A stretch of 64,000 nt of DNA from a virus (lineage: Duplodnaviria; Heunggongvirae; Uroviricota; Caudoviricetes), in the IMG/VR virus record IMGVR_UViG_3300042558_002764, positions 106,906-170,905 of that record. One strand, 5' to 3'. The notes under the pieces were generated by a model that saw only the letters and a program-made list of their open reading frames with translations, had not been told where the DNA came from and searched no databases. Within the stretch, counting starts at the first letter, position 1. Each line of letters begins with the position of its first letter. Of this stretch, positions 47,522-56,312 are shown piece after piece. Position numbers and translations under genes: made by a program.

Positions 47522-47971
47522 ATGAAACAGAGAGAAGTTAAAATTACTGATGAAGAAATAAAGTTGGCATATGACAAATACGACACACTACATCAGGCAT
47601 CCGCAGAATTAAAAATGACTACTGTGTCATTATGGAGAAGGGCAAAAAAAATTGGTTTAGCCTGGAAAGATAAAAACTTTAAACCTGAACAACAAAAAAT
47701 ACCTTTAAACGAGATTATAGAAGGTAAACATCCGTACTACCAAACCTTAAAATTAAAAAAAAGGTTATTGAAAGAAGGGGTTAAAGAAAATAAGTGTGAT
47801 ATTTGCGGTATAATAGATTGGAATAATATAGAGTTATCAATGCAATTAGACCATATTGATGGTGACTCACACAACCACAAATTGGATAATTTAAGGATGG
47901 TTTGCCCTAACTGCCATTCACAAACAAACACTTATTGTGGTAAAAATAAAAAAATCAAAGCGGAAATTTGA
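47522..47971 (+). CDS. HNH homing endonuclease.
   Basis: CDICGI...HIDGDSHNH...NLRMVCPNCH is a classic HNH zinc-finger nuclease motif. Confidence 0.65.
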   Translation: MKQREVKITDEEIKLAYDKYDTLHQASAELKMTTVSLWRRAKKIGLAWKDKNFKPEQQKIPLNEIIEGKHPYYQTLKLKKRLLKEGVKENKCDICGIIDWNNIELSMQLDHIDGDSHNHKLDNLRMVCPNCHSQTNTYCGKNKKIKAEI

Positions 47972-48001
47972 AAACAACATGTCTTCCTGTATATTTTATA
48001 C

Positions 48002-48073
48002 GCGTCTTTGGTGTAATTGGTAGCACGGCTGGTTCCAACCCAGTCGGTCAGGGTTCGAGGCCTTGGGGATGTG
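48002..48073 (+). tRNA. tRNA-Trp (anticodon CCA). The acceptor stem is G-U rich.
   Basis: Anticodon arm GCTGG-TTCCAAC-CCAGT, T-arm CAGGG-TTCGAGG-CCTTG. Acceptor GCGTCTT/GGGATGT pairs with four G-U wobbles. Confidence 0.5.
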
Positions 48074-48078
48074 CAAAT

Positions 48079-48151
48079 GGTGATGTAGCTCAGTTGGTAG
48101 AGCAAAGGACTGAAAATCCTTGTGTCGAAGGTTCAATTCCTTCCATCACCA
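48079..48151 (+). tRNA. tRNA-Phe (anticodon GAA).
   Basis: Acceptor GGTGATG/CATCACC, anticodon loop CTGAAAA, T-loop TTCAATT. Confidence 0.7.
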
Positions 48152-48158
48152 CCATTAT

Positions 48159-48233
48159 AGGGTAATGGACTAATTGGCAAGTCACCACGTTTGGGACGTG
48201 GGCATCGTGAGAGTTCGAGTCTCTCTTACCCTA
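48159..48233 (+). tRNA. tRNA-Pro (anticodon TGG).
   Basis: Acceptor AGGGTAA/TTACCCT, D-stem GACT/AGTC, anticodon arm CCACG-TTTGGGA-CGTGG, T-arm GAGAG-TTCGAGT-CTCTC. Variable loop of 7 nt. Confidence 0.55.
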
Positions 48234-48241
48234 CTATACAA

Positions 48242-48314
48242 TGTCCTATGGTGTAATTGGCAACACGTCGGTTTTTGGTACCGAAGAGTCGAGGTTCGAA
48301 CCCTTGTGGGACAA
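48242..48314 (+). tRNA. tRNA-Gln (anticodon TTG).
   Basis: Acceptor TGTCCTA/TGGGACA, anticodon arm TCGGT-TTTTGGT-ACCGA, T-loop TTCGAAC. Confidence 0.65.
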
Positions 48315-48320
48315 CAATAT

Positions 48321-48392
48321 GGTGTTTGAAGCATTAAGGTGATGTACTAGTTTGTGGGACTAGGAAAGACGGGTCGGTACCGTCCTTACACC
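48321..48392 (+). tRNA. Degenerate tRNA-His-like element (anticodon GTG) with a non-canonical T-loop, GTCGGTA.
   Basis: Perfect anticodon arm CTAGT-TTGTGGG-ACTAG and T-like hairpin GACGG-GTCGGTA-CCGTC. The acceptor pairs for only 5 of 7 positions. Confidence 0.25.
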
Positions 48393-48398
48393 CAAAAA

Positions 48399-48485
48399 GG
48401 AAAGGTGGGTGAGTGGCTAAAACCAACAATCTGCTAAGTTGTCGTACCTGTAAGGGTACCGAGGGTTCGAATCCCTCCCTTTCCT
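48399..48485 (+). tRNA. tRNA-Ser (anticodon GCT), class II, with CCA encoded at 48486-48488.
   Basis: Acceptor GGAAAGG/CCTTTCC, anticodon loop CTGCTAA, variable arm GTACC..GGTAC, T-arm GAGGG-TTCGAAT-CCCTC. Confidence 0.7.
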
Positions 48486-48491
48486 CCATAT

Positions 48492-48563
48492 GTGGATGTG
48501 ATGTAACGGTTAACATGAGACTCTTATACAGTCTTCTCGGTGGTTCAACTCCACCCATCCATA
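48492..48563 (+). tRNA. tRNA-Ile (anticodon TAT, reading AUA). Alternatively Met-like if position 34 is modified.
   Basis: Acceptor GTGGATG/CATCCAT, anticodon arm AGACT-CTTATAC-AGTCT, T-arm GGTGG-TTCAACT-CCACC. Confidence 0.55.
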
Positions 48564-48568
48564 CTATT

Positions 48569-48642
48569 ACACTCTTAGCTCAATGGATTAGAGCACAACG
48601 TTACGGACGTTGGGGTTGGTGGTTCGAGTCCATCAGAGTGTA
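48569..48642 (+). tRNA. tRNA-Arg (anticodon ACG).
   Basis: Acceptor ACACTCT/AGAGTGT, anticodon arm CAACG-TTACGGA-CGTTG, T-loop TTCGAGT. Confidence 0.65.
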
Positions 48643-48651
48643 CAATAATAA

Positions 48652-48722
48652 GGCACCATGCCCGAGTGGTTAGGGGTCGGTCTGCAAAACCGCTTACATT
48701 GGTTCGAACCCAATTGGTGCCT
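48652..48722 (+). tRNA. tRNA-Cys (anticodon GCA).
   Basis: Acceptor GGCACCA/TGGTGCC, anticodon loop CTGCAAA, T-arm ATTGG-TTCGAAC-CCAAT. Confidence 0.6.
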
Positions 48723-48805
48723 CTATCTTTAATTTCTTTTATATTCAATATAGGCCCAAACACCAACAAATATTGGGGTTAGTATAGCAATAACTATTTC
48801 TGTAT

Positions 48806-51013
48806 TCATCGCATAATTGTTAAATGTCCTGTTATCATTTTACGTGAGTCATCATACTCAGACCCATACATTATTCTCCAAACATAAATCCCATCAAAAC
48901 ACATTTTATTATTATAAGTACCATCCCAACCAACGGTATGATTGTATGATTCAAAAATTGTTTCACCCCATCTATTGAATACCAATAAATTATAATCATA
49001 GACATCAAACCCATCAGTAAATATTGGTAACCAAATATTGTTGAAAGCATCACCATCGGGGGTAAATGTATTAGGTATATAAATTAATTCTTGTGGACAT
49101 TCTTGTATTGCTATATTAGCTTGTTCTTCATTAGAAACACAACCATTAACCGTTTGGGAAACGCTAATTGTATAAAAACCAACATTATTCCAAACATAAG
49201 GTAAACTATTATCTTGTATTGTATCACCTTCAACAACCCAATCAAACAACCCAGATAAAGATGAATAAGCTGTATAGATTCTAAAAATACTATCACCTTC
49301 ACAAAGTTGGTTAAATTCATATGAAGGTGTTACAGATGTTATGATTGGTTGTGGGTTTACAATAACGTTGATTGTTGTATCAAATGGGCAATTACTTTGT
49401 GTATATGTATAAGTTACATCATTGTTTGTTATGATACCTTGTTGTGGGCAAAATTCATCAGTCTGAACCCCATTGACTAAGAAAGTACCATTTAAAGGTG
49501 AACCCACTAAATCTACACAACCATCATAATCACAAAAAGGACCAATAGGGTCTATTGTAGGGTTTATGTTTAAAATAAATGTAGTGAAGTAAGAGGTATC
49601 ACTATTACAACCAATAGGACTAGTAGAATAAACACTTATAGAGTCTTGATATAAACCACTAGGTTCTAATGACCAATCCGTTGTTATATTATCAGTACCT
49701 TGACCATTTATTATTTGTGGTGTTGTAGACCATATGTAGTTGTAACCAACACCCATAGAAGGTACACTATAACTTTCTGATGTTGATAAATAACATACCG
49801 TATCAGGACCACTAATAGGTGTCATTATTATTTGTGCTGGGTTAGTGAGTGTTGCATTACCTGTTACGGTACAACCTATACCGTCTGTAATTAAAAAACT
49901 ATAATTACCATAACAAAGGTTAGTGGGGTTAAAAGTTGTTTGTAGAGTATTCCAAGAAATAGTAGTGACACCATTGGTTCCGTTAGGGATTACATTAATA
50001 CTACCATCACAATAGTTATAACAAGTTGGGTCAATAAAAGTAATTGTAGGTTGTGGTAAGTTAGGTGGACCAGGTTGTACAAACACCGTATCAGGTCCTG
50101 GACCGGCAATACTATTACAAGTATTCCATCCAACATTACAAGAAGGATATACTAGTTGACAAGTATAATTAGCTCCTTGTACAGGTGGTGTAACCGTAAT
50201 GGACGCACCAACCCCAATTGGATTTGGGTTACCTACAATATACCATGTTGGTACAGGTAAAACAGTTGGTCCACTTGGAGTGTATCGGTACGCATCATTA
50301 TTTGCTGTCCATTGTGTGGAATTCCTACCTGGTACAGTTATCGCCACGGTTCCTGTGGTATTATGTAATCCTTGAACCGCGGTACCTCCCGCCCAAGCTA
50401 GACAGTTTGGTTTTGATTGAATATAATTTTCTATTACGTTTGTTGATTCATAAATCACTGTATGAAATGTCCCCAGTAAATTTGTACATGAAAACATAGG
50501 GACACCAACCCAACTAACAACTAATTTTCTACAAGGTGCTGTACCTTGAACTTGGTACCTAATTTGCCCACCTAAACCTGGGTGCCAATCTTGCCAAGGA
50601 CCCATGACACAATTTTTTGGTACTGTACCCGCACCATTAGGTATTGTTGCTGAAGTAAATGTTGTTGGTTGTGCCGGTGAAAAAGAAATCCAACCGTTAG
50701 AACCAACCCAAAATTGATTGTATGTTTGTCCAAAGAAACAAAATGTAAACCCAATATTAAAAGGACCTTGTTGTGAATCATCCGACATAAATAATTGTGT
50801 ACCAGTATTTGTTTGTGTTACATAAGGAATATTTGTAACACCGTAGTTTGTTGTTTGATTTGGATTTGAACCTGGTCCACATTGACTAAAATCGGCAGTT
50901 AATGTTGTTGACCCAACACCACAAGGTAGTATTTGGTCTGGTCCTAAATAAGGACAGTATTGTGAATAGGTCACAAAAGAAATTAGTATAAAAAGGTATT
51001 TAATTAAGTTCAT
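48806..51013 (-). CDS. Secreted Cys-rich surface protein with a T9SS type-B C-terminal sorting domain (gliding-motility-associated CTD).
   Basis: N-terminal signal peptide MNLIKYLFILISFVTYSQ. The C-terminus FTPDGDAFNN...LLVFNRWGETIF...GWDG...GIYVWRI matches the T9SS CTD consensus. Confidence 0.65.
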   Translation of the reverse strand: MNLIKYLFILISFVTYSQYCPYLGPDQILPCGVGSTTLTADFSQCGPGSNPNQTTNYGVTNIPYVTQTNTGTQLFMSDDSQQGPFNIGFTFCFFGQTYNQFWVGSNGWISFSPAQPTTFTSATIPNGAGTVPKNCVMGPWQDWHPGLGGQIRYQVQGTAPCRKLVVSWVGVPMFSCTNLLGTFHTVIYESTNVIENYIQSKPNCLAWAGGTAVQGLHNTTGTVAITVPGRNSTQWTANNDAYRYTPSGPTVLPVPTWYIVGNPNPIGVGASITVTPPVQGANYTCQLVYPSCNVGWNTCNSIAGPGPDTVFVQPGPPNLPQPTITFIDPTCYNYCDGSINVIPNGTNGVTTISWNTLQTTFNPTNLCYGNYSFLITDGIGCTVTGNATLTNPAQIIMTPISGPDTVCYLSTSESYSVPSMGVGYNYIWSTTPQIINGQGTDNITTDWSLEPSGLYQDSISVYSTSPIGCNSDTSYFTTFILNINPTIDPIGPFCDYDGCVDLVGSPLNGTFLVNGVQTDEFCPQQGIITNNDVTYTYTQSNCPFDTTINVIVNPQPIITSVTPSYEFNQLCEGDSIFRIYTAYSSLSGLFDWVVEGDTIQDNSLPYVWNNVGFYTISVSQTVNGCVSNEEQANIAIQECPQELIYIPNTFTPDGDAFNNIWLPIFTDGFDVYDYNLLVFNRWGETIFESYNHTVGWDGTYNNKMCFDGIYVWRIMYGSEYDDSRKMITGHLTIMR

Positions 51014-51156
51014 TTTTTTTTTATTTATAAATATAATATTAAGACGTATTTAAATGTAAATAGAAGGAACACTTATCCCAAAAGGTGGGATTGGAGAATA
51101 TCTAGTACTTTTGGCTTATTTTTTAAATTTACGATTAAATAGAATATTTATATTAT

Positions 51157-51906
51157 ATGAAGTTAATTAGAGAATTCGATGATTTTAGTTGGACTAATAT
51201 GGGTACACTTAATCCGTTTATGAGTGATGACCCACTTGTTGTTGTATGGTTAGATAAATCTGCCACTGAATCAGAGATTAATAAATTATATGATATGCTT
51301 TTGGAAGTTAATATAGAAATTAGTACATCAAAGTCAGATTTTGTAAAAAGTTTATTAACATATTCTAGAAATGGGTCTGCATATGTTAAATCTTACATAG
51401 CTCAAAATGGTGAAAAAAGAGCTGGGTATGGTGATACAAAAGCTTTATTTGATGAACATAAATATTGGAAAGCTATGGAAGATTTAGACGGTAAACCATA
51501 TATAGAATATAAATTAGGTGATATCTTTAAAGATAGATTAAATGAGTCTGAAGAGTTAAATTGGATTATAGAAAGTAACCCATCATTTAGAAACAAGATA
51601 ATTATTTTTGAACCACTGATTATTGAGGATGAGTATAATATTGTTATAGATGGTTTATTAGAATTTGATGAGGACCTTTATACCTATAGTGGTAATTTAG
51701 AAGAATTAAGACCTTTCACTTCTTATGATTATTTACACCATTTAGTTATAGGTTTAAATGGTGTAGTAGCTTATGGTGGGGCCAATGAACATAACAACGA
51801 AGACTGGGGTGGTTTTATGGATAACGTAGAAAATTACATAGGTAATTATTATAAAAATTTTAACAACCCAGAAGTTATTGATGGAAGAAAATATTTTAAT
51901 CTTTAA
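51157..51906 (+). CDS. Hypothetical protein.
   Basis: ORF divergent from the T9SS-cargo gene. Confidence 0.45.
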   Translation: MKLIREFDDFSWTNMGTLNPFMSDDPLVVVWLDKSATESEINKLYDMLLEVNIEISTSKSDFVKSLLTYSRNGSAYVKSYIAQNGEKRAGYGDTKALFDEHKYWKAMEDLDGKPYIEYKLGDIFKDRLNESEELNWIIESNPSFRNKIIIFEPLIIEDEYNIVIDGLLEFDEDLYTYSGNLEELRPFTSYDYLHHLVIGLNGVVAYGGANEHNNEDWGGFMDNVENYIGNYYKNFNNPEVIDGRKYFNL

Positions 51907-51930
51907 TAACTCCAATTAATACTTATTGAT

Positions 51931-53856
51931 ATGGATAAAAATTTTTACATTAATAAATTAAATAAAACTTTAATTTCACAAACACATAACCCTCTTTTTT
52001 ATAAAGGGGATATAGTAGAAGGTTCTAAAATTCTAACTAAAGAAGTTGTAGACTCAATTAATGTTGATAGATGTTCTATATGGTTATACAACAAAAATAA
52101 AACATCTATTGTTTGCCAACAATTATATGTTAAATCTGAAAATATGTGGTATGATGGTTTAGAAATCTTTGAAAAGGATTTTGGACCGTATTTCGAAGAA
52201 TTAATAAAGAACCCAATAATAATAGCTAATGATGCTGAAAAACATCCAGCAACATCTTGTTTTACTGATGGTTATTTAAAACCACTGGGTATTAAATCTA
52301 TGTTAGATGTACCTATCATTTATTTTGGGGAAACTATTGGTGTTATATGTATTGAAAGTTTTACATTACGTGAATGGGATTCTTTTGAGGTTGATTTTAC
52401 TCAATTATTATCTTCTTTATACACTTTTGCTTATTCAATAAAAGAAACAAACAATTTAAATAAAAAAATAGAAGAAACAGAAAAATTTATTGACGTATCG
52501 ACAATTATATCTACTGCTGATAAAAGAGGTAAAATTACATATGTTAATAAAAAATTTGAGGATGTTTCTGGGTGGTCTTTGGATGAGGTAGTTGGTAAAG
52601 ACCATGTTATTGTTAATTCGGGATTACAACCTGATGGATATTGGGGTAAAATGTATGAAACGGTAATGAAAGGTGATGTATGGAATGACGTTGTTACCAA
52701 TAAAGGAAAATCAGGAGAATTATATTACGTTGATACTTTTATTAGAGCAATTTTTGATACCGATGGTAAATTGGATGGATTTGCTTCAATAAGACAAGAT
52801 GTTACAGAACTTAAAAAAAAGGAAGTTGAAATTCGCAATAGAATGAACGCGATAAATAAATCTAACGCAGTTATTGAGTTTGATTTAGAAGGAAACATCA
52901 TTTTTGCTAATAATTTGTTTTTAGAAACTATGGGATATTCTTTACAGGATGAAGTAGTTGGAAAACACCATAGAATTTTTATAGATGAGGAATACTCAAA
53001 AAGTGAAGAATACTCTCTTTTTTGGGAAAAATTAAATGAAGGGGTGTTATTTACCGGTGAAATTACTAGAATTAAAAAAGACGGTTCTTTAGTGTATCTA
53101 CAAGCAACATACAATCCAGTTATCGGTTTAGATGGTAAGGTTTATCGTGTTATGAAAATCGCGACAGATATCACCAATTCCTACGAACAAAAGAAAGAAA
53201 TTGAAAAGAAAAACACTTACCTAGAACATGCGGCTAAAATATTAAGACACGATATGCATTCAGGTATTAATACTTATATGCCAAGAGGATTAAGTTCTTT
53301 AGAAAGAAGATTAACCCCCGAAGATATTAAAACTTTAAAAATTGAGGCCCCAATTAAAATGATTAAAGAGGGTTTAAAACATTCCCAAAAAGTATATAAA
53401 GGGGTTTACGAATTTACAAATCTTGTAAAGAAAGATGTTGTTTTAAATAAAACGGAATGTAATTTAAAAGATATACTTGAGGATTATTTATCAGCGACAG
53501 CATATAGTAGTCAAGTTATTATTGATGAGTTACCAACGATAGAAGTTAATGAACCATTATTCTGTACCGCAGTCGATAATTTAATTCGTAATGGGTTAAA
53601 GTATAATGATAGTAATACAAAATTTGTTAAAATATATATGGAAGATGGTAATCTAATTATACAAGACAACGGTAGAGGGATTACACAAAAAGATTTTATT
53701 CATTTATCCCAACCATATACCAGAAAAGAAGGCCAAAAAGAATCTGGAACTGGTCTAGGGCTTAATATATGTGTAGCTATTTTAGAAGAACATAAATTTA
53801 ATATTTCGTGTGAGAAAAATGACATAGGGACAAAAATGAAAATTGAACTAAAATGA
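51931..53856 (+). CDS. Cytoplasmic sensor histidine kinase (GAF, PAS, PAS, DHp, HATPase_c).
   Basis: GAF-like N-terminus and two PAS-like segments. Divergent H-box ILRHDMHSG. N-box NLIRNGLKYN, G1 DNGRGI, G2 GTGLGLNI. Confidence 0.65.
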   Translation: MDKNFYINKLNKTLISQTHNPLFYKGDIVEGSKILTKEVVDSINVDRCSIWLYNKNKTSIVCQQLYVKSENMWYDGLEIFEKDFGPYFEELIKNPIIIANDAEKHPATSCFTDGYLKPLGIKSMLDVPIIYFGETIGVICIESFTLREWDSFEVDFTQLLSSLYTFAYSIKETNNLNKKIEETEKFIDVSTIISTADKRGKITYVNKKFEDVSGWSLDEVVGKDHVIVNSGLQPDGYWGKMYETVMKGDVWNDVVTNKGKSGELYYVDTFIRAIFDTDGKLDGFASIRQDVTELKKKEVEIRNRMNAINKSNAVIEFDLEGNIIFANNLFLETMGYSLQDEVVGKHHRIFIDEEYSKSEEYSLFWEKLNEGVLFTGEITRIKKDGSLVYLQATYNPVIGLDGKVYRVMKIATDITNSYEQKKEIEKKNTYLEHAAKILRHDMHSGINTYMPRGLSSLERRLTPEDIKTLKIEAPIKMIKEGLKHSQKVYKGVYEFTNLVKKDVVLNKTECNLKDILEDYLSATAYSSQVIIDELPTIEVNEPLFCTAVDNLIRNGLKYNDSNTKFVKIYMEDGNLIIQDNGRGITQKDFIHLSQPYTRKEGQKESGTGLGLNICVAILEEHKFNISCEKNDIGTKMKIELK

Positions 53857-54467
53857 TAAAACTAAAAAATTTATTAACCATATTTTTCATAAGTATGGTA
53901 AGTATAGTGTATTCACAACCAACCTACCCTATCCAGACACAATTAAAAGGTGATTCTGTGGTTATTCTTACAAAAAAACAATCTGATGATATTAATTCAC
54001 TAATTGAGAATCAAAAAATTAGAATACAAAAATATAAAACAGAAATAAAATTAGTTAATGATACTAACACGTTATTAAATAACGATATTAAAATAAAAGA
54101 TAGTGTTATTAACCAATTGGATAGTTTGTTAACCGTCCAAAACAATTATTACGATAGTTTAATTTCTAAAATAGATACGTTAGAGAATTGGATTTTATCG
54201 TCGTCGATAGATAATGGGTACCTATATTATTCTTGGCAAGACTCAACAGTTAAAGTTATTGATTTAAGTTTGTATATGTTAGTATCGCATAGAGGAAGTG
54301 GTAATTATAGTTTAATTACAAGAGGTGATGTTACTAATATATATTATTGGAAACAAATAAATCTACTTAAAGAAGAAAGTCCTGAGATTGGTTGGGAATT
54401 AAATATATCCCCAAAATATAAACCAAGAATAGTATTATTCCCATATAAATTAACCCCAAAATTATGA
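53853..54467 (+). CDS. Secreted or periplasmic protein with a signal peptide.
   Basis: N-terminal MIKLKNLLTIFFISMVSIVYSQ. Lies between the two kinase genes. Confidence 0.45.
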   Translation: MIKLKNLLTIFFISMVSIVYSQPTYPIQTQLKGDSVVILTKKQSDDINSLIENQKIRIQKYKTEIKLVNDTNTLLNNDIKIKDSVINQLDSLLTVQNNYYDSLISKIDTLENWILSSSIDNGYLYYSWQDSTVKVIDLSLYMLVSHRGSGNYSLITRGDVTNIYYWKQINLLKEESPEIGWELNISPKYKPRIVLFPYKLTPKL

Positions 54468-55867
54468 TAAAAAATATTTTAATAACAATAATGTTTTTGG
54501 GTTTTTTTACTTCTTTAAATGTAAATTCACAGACTGATAATAACCCCAAAAAAACAGAGATTGAACCTACATGTCCTAGTGATAGTCGTATAACTAGTTT
54601 AATTAAAAAATTAAATTACGAACCAAATAAAAAATTAACTAAATACCAATCAAGCTTATGTCAAGAAATTGGTATCTCTTTTTATAATAAAGGTATGTAT
54701 GATGAGTCAGATTGGTATTTAGATAAGGTTAGTACCTATATTGATGTTGTTGATTTAAAACCTGAAAAAGTTTTTGACACACCTAAAGAAGAACCCGTAC
54801 AAGAGTTAAGTGACTCAGAATTATCTAGTATTAAAGCCGACCAAAAATTTTTAGATGACCTACCAAAATCATACGATAATTTATCTAAAAAAGATATAAA
54901 AAAAATTGCTGATGAGATAGAGTCAAAACTCCAAAAACTATTAAAAGAAAAAAAAGAATTATTAAAAAATAAAGCTAGTCAAGAAGTTATCAGTTCTAAA
55001 ACAAGTACTATACAAATATTAGGTAAAGAAAAAAATATCATTAATCTTAGTGTTAAAAATGATGATTTAGTTACCGATAAAAAAACCTTAAAAAAATATT
55101 TATGGTGGTCCACAATTGTTCTTTCTGTTTTGGTTTTAGGTATTATTGTTTTATTACAAAGAAAAACAATTAAAGTCCAAGACATAGAAATCGAAAACCA
55201 ATTAAAAGACATTAACAAGAAAAACACTTACCTTGAATATGCGGCTAGAATAATTAGACACGACATGCATTCAGGTATTAACACCTATATACCAAGAGGG
55301 TTATCGTCATTAGAAAAAAGAATTTCAATTGAGGAAATGAATAACTTAAAAATTACACCCTCAATTAAAATGATAAAAGATGGTTTGGCACACACACAAA
55401 AAGTATATAAAAGTGTTTATGAGTTTACAAACCTTGTGAAAAATACTGTAGTTTTAGATAGAAATATGGTTGATATAAAAGAATCTTTATTAAAATACTT
55501 AACAAATACATCATATAAAAATCAGGTAGAAATTAGTGAATTAGTTACACTAAATGTAAATGAAACTCTTTTTTGGAACGCTATTGATAATTTAATTAAA
55601 AATGGGTTAAAATATAATAGTAGTGAAAATAAAGAAATTAAAATTTACATGGATAATAATGATTTAATTATTGAAGATAATGGTGTTGGATTTTCACAAA
55701 AAGAGTTCGAAAGAACAACAGGTGAATATTTAAATAAAAAGAGTAATTCCGAAGTTGGTTTAGGTTTAGGTATAACCAAAACAATTTTAGAAGAACATGG
55801 TTTTAGTATGATGTGTGAAAAAATTAACACTGGTACAAAAATAACGGTTAAATTAAATAAAAATTAA
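54464..55867 (+). CDS. Membrane sensor histidine kinase (periplasmic domain, one transmembrane helix, DHp, HATPase_c), paralog of the kinase core at 51931.
   Basis: Signal peptide, then transmembrane segment YLWWSTIVLSVLVLGIIVLL. Kinase core about 65% identical to the ORF at 51931 (IIRHDMHSGINTY, NLIKNGLKYN, DNGVGF, GLGLGI). Confidence 0.65.
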   Translation: MIKNILITIMFLGFFTSLNVNSQTDNNPKKTEIEPTCPSDSRITSLIKKLNYEPNKKLTKYQSSLCQEIGISFYNKGMYDESDWYLDKVSTYIDVVDLKPEKVFDTPKEEPVQELSDSELSSIKADQKFLDDLPKSYDNLSKKDIKKIADEIESKLQKLLKEKKELLKNKASQEVISSKTSTIQILGKEKNIINLSVKNDDLVTDKKTLKKYLWWSTIVLSVLVLGIIVLLQRKTIKVQDIEIENQLKDINKKNTYLEYAARIIRHDMHSGINTYIPRGLSSLEKRISIEEMNNLKITPSIKMIKDGLAHTQKVYKSVYEFTNLVKNTVVLDRNMVDIKESLLKYLTNTSYKNQVEISELVTLNVNETLFWNAIDNLIKNGLKYNSSENKEIKIYMDNNDLIIEDNGVGFSQKEFERTTGEYLNKKSNSEVGLGLGITKTILEEHGFSMMCEKINTGTKITVKLNKN

Positions 55868-55874
55868 AAAAAAA

Positions 55875-56312
55875 ATGATTGATTCTATATTATTAGTTGA
55901 TGACGAGGATTTATTCCATTTAGTATTTGAGGATGCGTGTTCCTTATTAGATATAAGTTTGTCTTTAAACGCGTTAAACAGTTCTGACGAAGCAGCAAAA
56001 CTATTCCAAAAATGGTTCCAAAGTGGTAATGAAGACAATAAACCAGAATGTGTTTTTGTTGACTTAAATATTATTGGTAGTTCTTTTGATGGTATTGAGT
56101 TAATTAGAAAAATAAACTTTGAATATGGTAACCATGTGGTTATTGGTATAATTTCATCGTCTAATGAACCAGATGAACAAGCTAAAGCATTACAAGCTGG
56201 AGCACAGTTTTGGATTATTAAATCAGACGATATAGAACCAAGACTAGAAGAATTTAGAAAAGATTACGAAGGTTATAAAAATAGAACCGCACCATTTAAA
56301 GTTTACAAATGA
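55875..56312 (+). CDS. Stand-alone response-regulator receiver domain (CheY-like).
   Basis: LLVDDE acidic pocket, phospho-acceptor VFVDLNI, conserved S/T and K positions. No output domain. Confidence 0.6.
   Translation: MIDSILLVDDEDLFHLVFEDACSLLDISLSLNALNSSDEAAKLFQKWFQSGNEDNKPECVFVDLNIIGSSFDGIELIRKINFEYGNHVVIGIISSSNEPDEQAKALQAGAQFWIIKSDDIEPRLEEFRKDYEGYKNRTAPFKVYK

Noticed and set aside
47968-48165. Plus-strand ORF spanning tRNA-Trp and tRNA-Phe (…AQLVEQ…GSIPS…).
   Set aside because: Translation of tRNA sequence: AQLVE comes from the D-arm GCTCAGTTGGTAGAGC. It is a chance open frame across the tRNAs.
48334-48769. ORFs 48334-48558(-), 48413-48673(+) and 48575-48769(-) within tRNA array 1.
   Set aside because: All overlap hand-folded tRNAs and contain GFEPS/GVEPP T-arm translation signatures.
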